In this document: in pieces, positions 44,571 through 53,507 of the stretch
Numbering within the stretch: position 1 is the stretch's first letter
How the letters are laid out: every line of letters begins with the position of its first letter
From: Candidatus Woesearchaeota archaeon
GTDB lineage: Archaea; Nanobdellota; Nanobdellia; Pacearchaeales; GW2011-AR1
DNA length: 64,000 bases
NCBI GenBank assembly: GCA_964573625.1
Contig: CAZNJU010000001.1
Coordinates: 673,510 to 737,509 of the forward strand
Direction of reading: 5' to 3'
Notes under the pieces: model-generated
The model's input: the letters and a program-made list of their open reading frames with translations, nothing else
What the model was told of the DNA's origin: nothing
Databases searched by the model: none
Made by a program: the position numbers and the translations under genes

Positions 44571-47500
44571 ATGCATCGAAAGGGGTTAACCGTTACAGCC
44601 ATTCTTATTGCTTCTATCGTCTTTATCGCTCTCATTACTGCAGGAGTTCTTGTTTATAATTCATATAATTCAACGCCCATTTCACCTGACGGAAATCTTA
44701 CAAACAATACAATCGGAAATCAAAACGGAACACAGGTAAATCCGATCGACACAAATCCTCAGACGCATCTCGCATGTATCAGCGACCGATGCGTTGTTGT
44801 TCAGGGAGCCGGTTCTAATATTAATGGTTGCACGACGATAAATGCAGCTTGTACCACAAGTGGGGGCGGCGGAGGAGGCGGTGGTGGTGGAGGAAGTGGA
44901 GGCGGCACTGGTGGAACATCAAATGTTGCACCAACTGCTCAGTTCGAAGCTATTCCTTCCAATGGTACTGCTCCGTTGTATGTGTTCTTTAATGGTTCTG
45001 GATCATCTGATTCCGACGGTACCATTGTAAGTTACGCGTGGAATTTTGGAGATAATAGTTCTAGCACTGGAATGATTGTTAATCACACCTACACGATTGT
45101 GGGCATTTACAATGTCACGCTTGTCGTGACAGATGATGATAGCGCAACAGGAAGCGCTACATCAAGCATTAACGTCGGTAATCCTGCTGACACAACTCCT
45201 CCACAATATTCTAACGTGATTGCAAATCCTGCAAACGCTGTATACACACCTATCCGCGTGTACACCTTCAGCAGCACGTGGACTGACAATCAGGGTATGA
45301 ATCGCGTTGACTTTATTTTTGATGGCATAACGTATCCAGCGACGGCAAATGGAAGCACCTACACGTATGTGTTAAACAATTTAGGAGCGGGAACACATAC
45401 ATATTCCTTCAGAGGATTCGATCTGTCAAGTAATACTAATCAAACTACGACGACAAATTACATCGTTGCAAAGAATACCACCAATCTTAATTTGGTACTT
45501 ACACCGTCAAATACGGTTCAACAGACGACACAAACGACGGCAACCGGAAGTAATTGTCCGTCTCAAGTTGTTTGTGTTCTGACAAGAAATGGCGCAAGTG
45601 TCAGCAACCCAGACGTGCAGACACTGGTCGCAGGCACGTATGCCTACAATTATTCCTCGTCGGGAAATGCTAATTACAGCGCAACTAGCACGAGTGCGAC
45701 CTTGACGGTTACGAGCCAGCCAACATTCACCTTGAGCGTTACAAAGCAAGCTACTAATGGTGGCGTTGGCACGGTAACCAGTTCCGACGGTGGAATCAAT
45801 TGCGGTGCAACCTGCAGCGCGAATTATATTCAGAATACCGTTGTCACATTGAATGCAACTGCCAACGCTGGCTCAAGCTTCTCTGGTTGGAGCGGTGCAT
45901 GTTCTGGTTCTGGTGCATGTCAAGTTACTATGTCACAAGCGCAGAACGTTATTGCAACGTTTGCTCTTAACGCGCCAACTGCTCCAAGCAACTTGCAAGC
46001 AACTGCTATTTCACAAACGCGCATTGATTTGACATGGACGGATAATAGCAACAATGAAGCTAACTTCACGCTTGAACGTGCTGCCAGTTCGACGTTCACG
46101 ACGATACAACAGACATTCACGATTGCTGCTAATACGCAATCATTCAGCGATACAACGCTTACGGCAGGTACGACATACTTCTACCGTGTTCGTGCAAATA
46201 ACGCAGCTAGTTCGTCTTCAAATTCAAATACAGCAAACGCGACAACTGCTCAACAACAATTCCTTCTTTCAGTTTCTAAAGCAGGTACGGGTAGTGGAAC
46301 GATAACTAGTAATCCTATTGGAATTAATTGCGGAGCTGTGTGCTCAGCTAATTATGTTTCAGGAACACAAGTAACGCTCACTGCTAATTCCTCTGCAGGT
46401 TCTACCTTTGCTGGTTGGAGTGGCGCATGTACTGGAACAGGAAGCTGCAGCGTGACGATGTCACAAGCACAAAGCGTGACAGCGACGTTCACACTTAATC
46501 CTGTCAACTTCACACTTGCTGTTTCTAAAGTGGGTACGGGCTCAGGCACCGTAACAAGTAACGTTAGTGGAATTAACTGTGGAGCTACCTGTTCAGCTAC
46601 ATATGTTTCAGGTACTAACGTGTTATTGACTGCTACGCCAACTGCTGGCTCAACATTTACTGGTTGGTTGGGCGCGTGTTCCGGCACAGGTACATGTACG
46701 GTTTCCATGACTGCAAACAGAAGCGTAACTGCTAACTTTACTCTTACCCAACCACAACAATTTAACCTTGCTGTTTCAAAAATAGGCAGCGGCACGGGAA
46801 CAGTTACAAGTACTCCTCCAGGTATAACGTGTGGAAGCGCGTGTAGCGCCAATTACACCTCTGGAACACAAGTAATTCTTAACGCCACCCCTTCTTCATC
46901 CTCTCAACTAACCCCTACACTTCAAGTTAACGGAAGATATGTCCTTGACAGATGCGGAAACATTTTTGTAGCGCGTGGATTCGAACAAAACCAGAGACTC
47001 GTTTCCTTCGGTGGAACAGCTATCAACGGATCATGGGATGCTGTAATTGACCAGATAGATACTACTAACTCTAATATTGTTCGCATACTCCCTGATGACG
47101 TAACTGTTGCACAAACCCAAGCAATGATTGCGCGTGCAGTGAGCCGCAACCTCATTGTTGATCTACACACATCAGGAAGTAATTATTTCGCACAACCTTC
47201 TGTTCAAACAATGGTCGCACAATACAAAGACCACCTTATCTTAACAGTTATGGGTGAGTACGCAAGTGAAGATCGTAACCAGTGGCAAATTGATGCAACC
47301 AGCACAGTCACAAATATACGTAACATGGGTTACGATGAACCAATTATCATTATTGCACCTAACTCGGGTCGTGACTTACAGGCAATACTTATCTATGGAC
47401 AGGCTATCGAGAACGCAGACTCTCTTCATAAGACTATTTTTGGATGGCAGGCTTACTGGGGTAATTCTAATTGGTATCAGACTTTCTATGGAATGAACTT

Positions 47501-50500
47501 CTCACAAGCTCTCGCTAATATTAGCCAGAAAAACTTCCCAATTCAGCTCGGACTTACATATGACGCCGACAGCCCTTCAGATCCAATAAATTACTCTACA
47601 CTTATGTCTCTTACACAACAATATTCTGTCGGCTGGCTCTGGTGGAATTACTTCAATCGAAACCCTGCAGATATCAACGATGTCGTCACATACGACGGTC
47701 AATGGCACTTTACCTCTTTAGGAGATAGTGTATTCAATGATCCTAACGGATTTGCTAATATTGCCGTCTCTAAAGCCTGCACTTCTGCTCCAGTAAACTC
47801 GGTTTTCTCAGGATGGTCTGGCGCATGTAGCGGAACAGGAACATGCACACTCAACATGAGTGTCAATAGAACGGCCATAGCTAACTTTACATCTTCAGGA
47901 ACTGACGTTACTCCCCCAGGCGTAACTCTGACATCTCCAACAAACAATGCTACTCTCACAACATCTCCTGCAACATTCACAAGTCAAATAACAGACAACC
48001 AAGCACTGAAGAACGCAACACTATGGCTCTGGCAAGGTAATACGATTATTTCACGTACAACCCAAACTATCAGCGGCACGAGCACCACAACAAGCTTCTC
48101 AAACATTACAATACCTTCAGCAGGAAGTTACAAATGGAATGTTCGAGCATTTGATACATCGGGGAATGGAGCATGGGCAGCAGCTAACTTTACAGTTACA
48201 TACTCACCGAATCTTTGTGGTAACGGTCAAATTGATTCTGGTGAACAATGTGATGGTGCCAATCTGGGGGGAAATACCTGTGCATCAGTCGTAGGAACAG
48301 GGAGTACAGGCACATTAACCTGCTCAGGAACATGTACCTTTAATACTGCCCAATGTACTCCTCCAAGTTCATCAGGAAATTTAAGCTTCTCTCGCACTGT
48401 TATTGATAGCGGATTCGCAGGAGACGTAAAAGCTATTGGAGATATCGATGGAGACGGATATCCTGATCTCGTTATTGGAGGACCTGCCATGAACTGGTAC
48501 AAATATCCCACATGGGCAAAAACCACAATAGCTACTCCTACAAACGAATTCACAACAGACATGCAACTTGCAGATATAGACAGCGATGGTGATTTAGATA
48601 TGATAACTGCTGATGGCAATCTAAACAATAATGTAATCTGGTTCGAAAATCCTCGCCCAAGTGGAAACCCTTCATCATCAACATGGATTAGACATGAAAT
48701 AGGTGCTCAAGGATATTACGTCCATGATTTCGAAATTGCTGACTTTGATAACGATGGTAAATTAGATGTCTTAGCACGAAAGGGTTCGACCAATATATTC
48801 TTCCAGAATAATGGCACGTGGACTAGAAGAGACATCAGTCAATTCGTCGCAAATGCTGATGGAGAGGGTATGGGTATTGGAGATGTTGATAGCGATGGAG
48901 ATATTGATATAGTAGCCGGAGGAACATGGGTAGAAACACCAAGTAATCCTCGAACTGCAGCCTTTGTAGTACACACTATCGCAAGTGGATGGACAGGTGA
49001 AATCACAGGAACCGTAGCAGATCTTAATGCGGACACAAAACCAGATGTTATTTTCGCACGTCAACATGGAGGCGGCGCATTTGTATGGTATGAATCAGCA
49101 ACACCTCTTACGGGACCATGGACTGCCCATACCATAGATAACAATATGGGTGGACATAAGATCAATGTAGGTGACTTCAATAAAGATGGTAGAATGGACA
49201 TTTCAATTGGATTGGAGCTTACCGATCTAAGCGTATACATAAACAACGGAGGAACATCGCCAACTTTCACGAAGCAGCGTCTTTCAAATACTGGACTACA
49301 TAATCAACGCATTGGAGATATAGGAAGTGATGGTGATTTAGACATATTCGGCGCCAATTACATCGGAAATCCTCCTGTCGAACTTTGGGAAAATATGATT
49401 AACGCCCCTCTAAAACTTACCAACTGGACGTACAAGCAAGTCTCTAGTGCGCACGTGCAAACATTTGGACTTACGTTTGCTGATGTCGATCACGATGGAA
49501 GAGTTGACATTGTATCAGGAGCATTCTGGTATCGCAATCCCGGTGGAAACCTCATGGGCACCTGGACACAGAATAGTTTCCCAGCCGGACGTCAAGCGAT
49601 GCTCGTCACGGATGTAGATGGTGACTCATTTACAGACATAATTGCTCAAGGAGCTGCAGTTAATTTCGAAGTACAATTATTCTGGCTTGAAGCAACTAAT
49701 GCGCAGGGAACAAGCTGGAACTCAGTACTCCTAGGTACAATACCTCAGACAAGTCACTCGACACTTGGAACCCAAGGATATAGAACCGCACAACTAGAAG
49801 CAGGTGGTAAAGAAGAAGTTATTGTATCTACTGTAAGTGGATTTGGAATATATTACTTCAGAATACCAAGTAACCCTGGTGCTGGTAACTGGCCACGCGT
49901 ACAGGTAAACATAAATCCTTCAGATGAAGGGATCGGTGTTGGAGATATAGATCGTGATGGTGATTTAGATCTTGTTGCAACAACCGGAGATACAAAGCGT
50001 GTTGAATGGTATCGCAATCCTCGCACTGGTGCTGGTAACTGGCCGGCTACCGTTATTGCTAGTATTCCACAGGCTACCTGGCTAGATCGTGTCGAGGTTG
50101 GCGACTTCAATAAAGATGGTAAGCTTGACGTCGTAGTTACAGAAGAAGGTAATAATGCTGATACTATGTGGTTTAGACAGCCTGCCGATCCGCTAACTCC
50201 TAATTGGCAGCAATCACTTATTACTACTCAAACAAGTACGAATAGTATGGATGTAGCTGATATAGACAAAGATGGCGACACAGACGTTATCGTGGCTGAA
50301 ATGGATGATCCAAAACATGTAACTATTTTTGCTAACTCAGGTACCGGCACATTCACACCGACAGTTGTTTCAAGTGGTTTTGAAAGTCATCTTGGCGCGC
50401 GAACTGCCGATCTAGATAATGATGGGGACCTCGATATTGTCAGTATTGTCTGGTGGAACCCTAATTTCGTACACCTCTGGCGCAATGATAACAAGCTTCT

Positions 50501-50771
50501 CTGTACTATGTGTCTCAATTTCGGAGGCGGACCAGAGCCCGATCCTGCTCTAAATTCTCCTCCTTATTCATTCTACCAAAAGATACAGCAAACTATTCAG
50601 CATATCTTCCGTCTTCAAACTAGCGAGCAGAGTAAAGAAACCACAATAGTGGGCAACGTAATTTCATCAAGCAGTCACGTAAGCGATCAAAAAAGCATAC
50701 TTGCTCTTCTTGCCCTGTTTGCCATTGCAATAACGCTGATAATACTTACTAATGGAAAAAGACGACTTTAA
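44571..50771 (+). CDS. Giant (2066 aa) surface adhesin: PKD, Ig-like, four divergent InlB-B/'bacterial repeat' domains, FN3, GH5-like domain and FG-GAP/VCBS propellers
   Basis: APLYV.F....SSD.DG.IVSY.WNFGD; four G.GTVTS...INCG..C...GWSGAC repeats; AP.NL.A......L.W.DNS.NE; many GD.D.DGD.D motifs; TMs at both ends. Confidence 0.85.
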   Translation: MHRKGLTVTAILIASIVFIALITAGVLVYNSYNSTPISPDGNLTNNTIGNQNGTQVNPIDTNPQTHLACISDRCVVVQGAGSNINGCTTINAACTTSGGGGGGGGGGGSGGGTGGTSNVAPTAQFEAIPSNGTAPLYVFFNGSGSSDSDGTIVSYAWNFGDNSSSTGMIVNHTYTIVGIYNVTLVVTDDDSATGSATSSINVGNPADTTPPQYSNVIANPANAVYTPIRVYTFSSTWTDNQGMNRVDFIFDGITYPATANGSTYTYVLNNLGAGTHTYSFRGFDLSSNTNQTTTTNYIVAKNTTNLNLVLTPSNTVQQTTQTTATGSNCPSQVVCVLTRNGASVSNPDVQTLVAGTYAYNYSSSGNANYSATSTSATLTVTSQPTFTLSVTKQATNGGVGTVTSSDGGINCGATCSANYIQNTVVTLNATANAGSSFSGWSGACSGSGACQVTMSQAQNVIATFALNAPTAPSNLQATAISQTRIDLTWTDNSNNEANFTLERAASSTFTTIQQTFTIAANTQSFSDTTLTAGTTYFYRVRANNAASSSSNSNTANATTAQQQFLLSVSKAGTGSGTITSNPIGINCGAVCSANYVSGTQVTLTANSSAGSTFAGWSGACTGTGSCSVTMSQAQSVTATFTLNPVNFTLAVSKVGTGSGTVTSNVSGINCGATCSATYVSGTNVLLTATPTAGSTFTGWLGACSGTGTCTVSMTANRSVTANFTLTQPQQFNLAVSKIGSGTGTVTSTPPGITCGSACSANYTSGTQVILNATPSSSSQLTPTLQVNGRYVLDRCGNIFVARGFEQNQRLVSFGGTAINGSWDAVIDQIDTTNSNIVRILPDDVTVAQTQAMIARAVSRNLIVDLHTSGSNYFAQPSVQTMVAQYKDHLILTVMGEYASEDRNQWQIDATSTVTNIRNMGYDEPIIIIAPNSGRDLQAILIYGQAIENADSLHKTIFGWQAYWGNSNWYQTFYGMNFSQALANISQKNFPIQLGLTYDADSPSDPINYSTLMSLTQQYSVGWLWWNYFNRNPADINDVVTYDGQWHFTSLGDSVFNDPNGFANIAVSKACTSAPVNSVFSGWSGACSGTGTCTLNMSVNRTAIANFTSSGTDVTPPGVTLTSPTNNATLTTSPATFTSQITDNQALKNATLWLWQGNTIISRTTQTISGTSTTTSFSNITIPSAGSYKWNVRAFDTSGNGAWAAANFTVTYSPNLCGNGQIDSGEQCDGANLGGNTCASVVGTGSTGTLTCSGTCTFNTAQCTPPSSSGNLSFSRTVIDSGFAGDVKAIGDIDGDGYPDLVIGGPAMNWYKYPTWAKTTIATPTNEFTTDMQLADIDSDGDLDMITADGNLNNNVIWFENPRPSGNPSSSTWIRHEIGAQGYYVHDFEIADFDNDGKLDVLARKGSTNIFFQNNGTWTRRDISQFVANADGEGMGIGDVDSDGDIDIVAGGTWVETPSNPRTAAFVVHTIASGWTGEITGTVADLNADTKPDVIFARQHGGGAFVWYESATPLTGPWTAHTIDNNMGGHKINVGDFNKDGRMDISIGLELTDLSVYINNGGTSPTFTKQRLSNTGLHNQRIGDIGSDGDLDIFGANYIGNPPVELWENMINAPLKLTNWTYKQVSSAHVQTFGLTFADVDHDGRVDIVSGAFWYRNPGGNLMGTWTQNSFPAGRQAMLVTDVDGDSFTDIIAQGAAVNFEVQLFWLEATNAQGTSWNSVLLGTIPQTSHSTLGTQGYRTAQLEAGGKEEVIVSTVSGFGIYYFRIPSNPGAGNWPRVQVNINPSDEGIGVGDIDRDGDLDLVATTGDTKRVEWYRNPRTGAGNWPATVIASIPQATWLDRVEVGDFNKDGKLDVVVTEEGNNADTMWFRQPADPLTPNWQQSLITTQTSTNSMDVADIDKDGDTDVIVAEMDDPKHVTIFANSGTGTFTPTVVSSGFESHLGARTADLDNDGDLDIVSIVWWNPNFVHLWRNDNKLLCTMCLNFGGGPEPDPALNSPPYSFYQKIQQTIQHIFRLQTSEQSKETTIVGNVISSSSHVSDQKSILALLALFAIAITLIILTNGKRRL

Positions 50772-51129
50772 GAAGAAATTAACAAAAGAGCAATATCGCG
50801 TACTGCGTGAAAAGGGAACAGAAGCTCCGTTTACATCAGAATTTCTGCGCAATAAAGAGAGTGGAATGTATGCTTGTGCTGCCTGTGGAAATGTATTATT
50901 TGCTTCTAATGCAAAATTCGACTCAGGGACGGGATGGCCTAGCTTTGACGAGCCAGCAAACAAAGAAAATATTGTTCTCAAAGAAGATACAACCCAGGGT
51001 ATGAGTCGTATAGAAGTTATCTGCAAGAAATGTGGAAGCCATTTAGGTCATGTATTTCCCGACGGCCCTACAAAAACGGGCCAAAGATTCTGCATTAACG
51101 GCTGTGCGTTGAACTTTAAGAAGAAATAA
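50752..51129 (+). CDS. msrB: Peptide methionine (R)-sulfoxide reductase
   Basis: GTEAPF, CAAC, KFDSGTGWPSF, CKKCGSHLGHVF and RFCIN. Confidence 0.97.
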   Translation: MEKDDFKKKLTKEQYRVLREKGTEAPFTSEFLRNKESGMYACAACGNVLFASNAKFDSGTGWPSFDEPANKENIVLKEDTTQGMSRIEVICKKCGSHLGHVFPDGPTKTGQRFCINGCALNFKKK

Positions 51130-51136
51130 CTAGAAA

Positions 51137-51478
51137 CTAAAAGCTAAATTTATCAGCAAAGGGTCCTACTAGAGGAATTTGCTTCATTTCTCCGCTGAAT
51201 GCATAGACCATTCCAACGATCCAGAGGATAAGTAAGCCTATTTCCGCAATAGCAATAATCAACCAGCCGATTACCGGGATAAATCCGAGGATCATGCTTG
51301 CTACCCAAACAATTAGCCATGCAAAGAAAAGCACAAGGCTCTGCTTAGCGTAGAACATCACGTATTTATCATCTTTCTTAGCAATATATGCAATAAGGAA
51401 TCCAATAACGCTCAATAGAACAGCAAGAAAAGCAAAAAGCTTTGAATCATCTGCTTTTTTCTGTGTCACTTTAGCCAT
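51137..51478 (-). CDS. DUF4870 family membrane protein
   Basis: YVMFYAKQSL.LF...IP.IG...W..GM..A.SG....IP.VG. Confidence 0.8.
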   Translation of the reverse strand: MAKVTQKKADDSKLFAFLAVLLSVIGFLIAYIAKKDDKYVMFYAKQSLVLFFAWLIVWVASMILGFIPVIGWLIIAIAEIGLLILWIVGMVYAFSGEMKQIPLVGPFADKFSF

Positions 51479-51531
51479 ACTAGATATAGGAAAATGCCCT
51501 TTAAAAACCTACCTAGAAAATGAAAAATGAA

Positions 51532-52077
51532 TTATTTGCCGTATACTTTTCGAACAATTGAGACTATATCTTGAATACCTTGTTCATCGCTTGCGATCAT
51601 TATAGGTGGAAACCTGCAAAGAGGAGTTGCTTGTGGATCAGGAATACGAGTTGAGCGATAAAAAGGAAGTATTGGAACCGTTGCGTCTGCGCCAATCTTT
51701 AGCATAACGCCTGCATCAGTGGAAGGTGTTCCCACATCCCCTACAACTAAATAAGAATTTGTAATATTTCTATGCACTTGCGCATAAACCTCATTAGGTA
51801 ATAAAGATTGAGAGACATCGCGATGAGGCAAGAAGGTACCTACCCCTACTTGCTGCTCAATAGTCTGGGCAAGAGATTCATAGAAAGGAAATTCCTTAAT
51901 CGCCTCAGGCTCGGCACCAGGAGTGCACGAAGTTGCAAAACAAACGTGTCCTTCAAGTGCGCGCACAACAGGTCTAGTTCTTATGTCTGGGCGAGGCCTA
52001 GGTTGTGTCTTTGGAGCAAATCTTGATCTTACTTCAGTTGAAGGATCATGTGTATCTGAAATAGTTCCGGAAGCCAT
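51532..52077 (-). CDS. Nucleoside 2-deoxyribosyltransferase-like (flavodoxin-fold) protein, divergent
   Basis: TFLPHRD...ITNSYLVVGDV..PSTDAGVML..G...VPI. Confidence 0.5.
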   Translation of the reverse strand: MASGTISDTHDPSTEVRSRFAPKTQPRPRPDIRTRPVVRALEGHVCFATSCTPGAEPEAIKEFPFYESLAQTIEQQVGVGTFLPHRDVSQSLLPNEVYAQVHRNITNSYLVVGDVGTPSTDAGVMLKIGADATVPILPFYRSTRIPDPQATPLCRFPPIMIASDEQGIQDIVSIVRKVYGK

Positions 52078-52127
52078 AAGAAAAAGTCATTTTTCGAGTA
52101 TAAATAATTAATGGTGAGTGAAAACAA

Positions 52128-52712
52128 TTATTGCGGCAGCTGTCCGCTTCCAAGAACAGGCGTATCTAGTGATGTGACTTCAGCATGATAATAATCTTTT
52201 TCAGTGAATCCAAACATCCCTGCTATCATATTACCGGGGAATCTCTTGATGGCTGTGTTGTATGTCTGAATCGATTCAATATATCTCCCGCGGGCAGTTG
52301 TAATTCTATTTTGTGTTCCCGAAAGTTCATCAGTTAGGGCAATATATTGAGTGTTAGCCTGTAATTGAGGATAACTTTCAGCTACTGCATTAACAAATGT
52401 GGCCACGCTATTAGCCATTTGAACTCCAGAAGCATCTTTGTCAGCAGTGCTTTGCGCTCCCTGCCACTGTGTTCGTGCAGCAATAACGTCTTTAACGAAC
52501 TTTGTCTCAACGCTCACAGCGCTTGAGACGACTGAAACCAAATTAGGAATTAAGTCTGCTTGTCTTTGATATTGGTTCTCAACCTCGCTCCATTTAGAAT
52601 TAATCTGCTGATCGAGACTAACAAACCTATTGTACGCGCTTGCAAGATAAAGCCCTATAACGAGCACAAGAGCAAGAGCGATAATTCCAATCCATAATCC
52701 GCGTTTCATCAT
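52128..52712 (-). CDS. lemA: LemA family protein
   Basis: YN..V......WSEVENQYQRQADLIPNLV, ESYPQL.AN and NRITTAR..Y....YN..I..FP. Confidence 0.93.
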   Translation of the reverse strand: MMKRGLWIGIIALALVLVIGLYLASAYNRFVSLDQQINSKWSEVENQYQRQADLIPNLVSVVSSAVSVETKFVKDVIAARTQWQGAQSTADKDASGVQMANSVATFVNAVAESYPQLQANTQYIALTDELSGTQNRITTARGRYIESIQTYNTAIKRFPGNMIAGMFGFTEKDYYHAEVTSLDTPVLGSGQLPQ

Positions 52713-52739
52713 AGTATTTGTGTAAATTTCTTTAAATAT

Positions 52740-53432
52740 CTATCTTCCAGCTCCGCCACCGCCAAACCCTCCTCCTCCGAAGCCTCCTCCGAATCCTCCA
52801 CCACCAGAACGTGATCCAGGAATAAAGATAGGTGCCCACCAAATACTTCTTCGCGAATGACGCGCAATCCATGAAAAAATAATAATCGCCAGAATGATTA
52901 CGAGTATAATCAAGAGCCAGTTAATCTTTGAAGGTTGTCTAGAAATAAGCTCATTTCGGTTAGCTTCGAGTTCATCAGCGAGCGCAATACTAAATTGCAC
53001 AATACCTTCACTCACATTACCCTCGTCTCGCCAGGGAACGTAATACGTATCGAGCATTCTGCCCACCTTAGAATCAGGCAATATTCCCTCGACACCATAT
53101 CCTGTGCTCACCCATAATTTTCCCACGTCTTTTACATACAATATAACGATTCCATTATCCGTATCTGCTGCTCCCACGCCCCATTCCTGTCCAATCATAG
53201 TCGCATATTCACTCGGAGAGTATCCTTCCGCATTTTCAACGCTCACAAAAACAACTTGTGCAGAGGTATTTTGCTCGACTTCCTCAAACAAATAATGTAC
53301 GAAAAGAGAATCGTCAGAATTCAATATGCTTGCAAAGTCGTTTACATAGGCATCCTGCGCAGAAGGCACGTTAGCAGTTACTGTGCTCGCTATAACTGCT
53401 ATGAAAAAAATAAATAAAGTAGATTTGTTCAT
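52740..53432 (-). CDS. TPM domain (YgcG-like) protein
   Basis: YVNDFA.IL, WGVG...DNG, TGYGVEG.LPD and the GGFGGGGAGR tail. Confidence 0.92.
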   Translation of the reverse strand: MNKSTLFIFFIAVIASTVTANVPSAQDAYVNDFASILNSDDSLFVHYLFEEVEQNTSAQVVFVSVENAEGYSPSEYATMIGQEWGVGAADTDNGIVILYVKDVGKLWVSTGYGVEGILPDSKVGRMLDTYYVPWRDEGNVSEGIVQFSIALADELEANRNELISRQPSKINWLLIILVIILAIIIFSWIARHSRRSIWWAPIFIPGSRSGGGGFGGGFGGGGFGGGGAGR

Positions 53433-53507
53433 AGTATACTTAAGAAATACCTCTTTAAATATAAATAGATTACAAACGTTTAAATAAGATCAAAAGAATA
53501 TTTTTCA

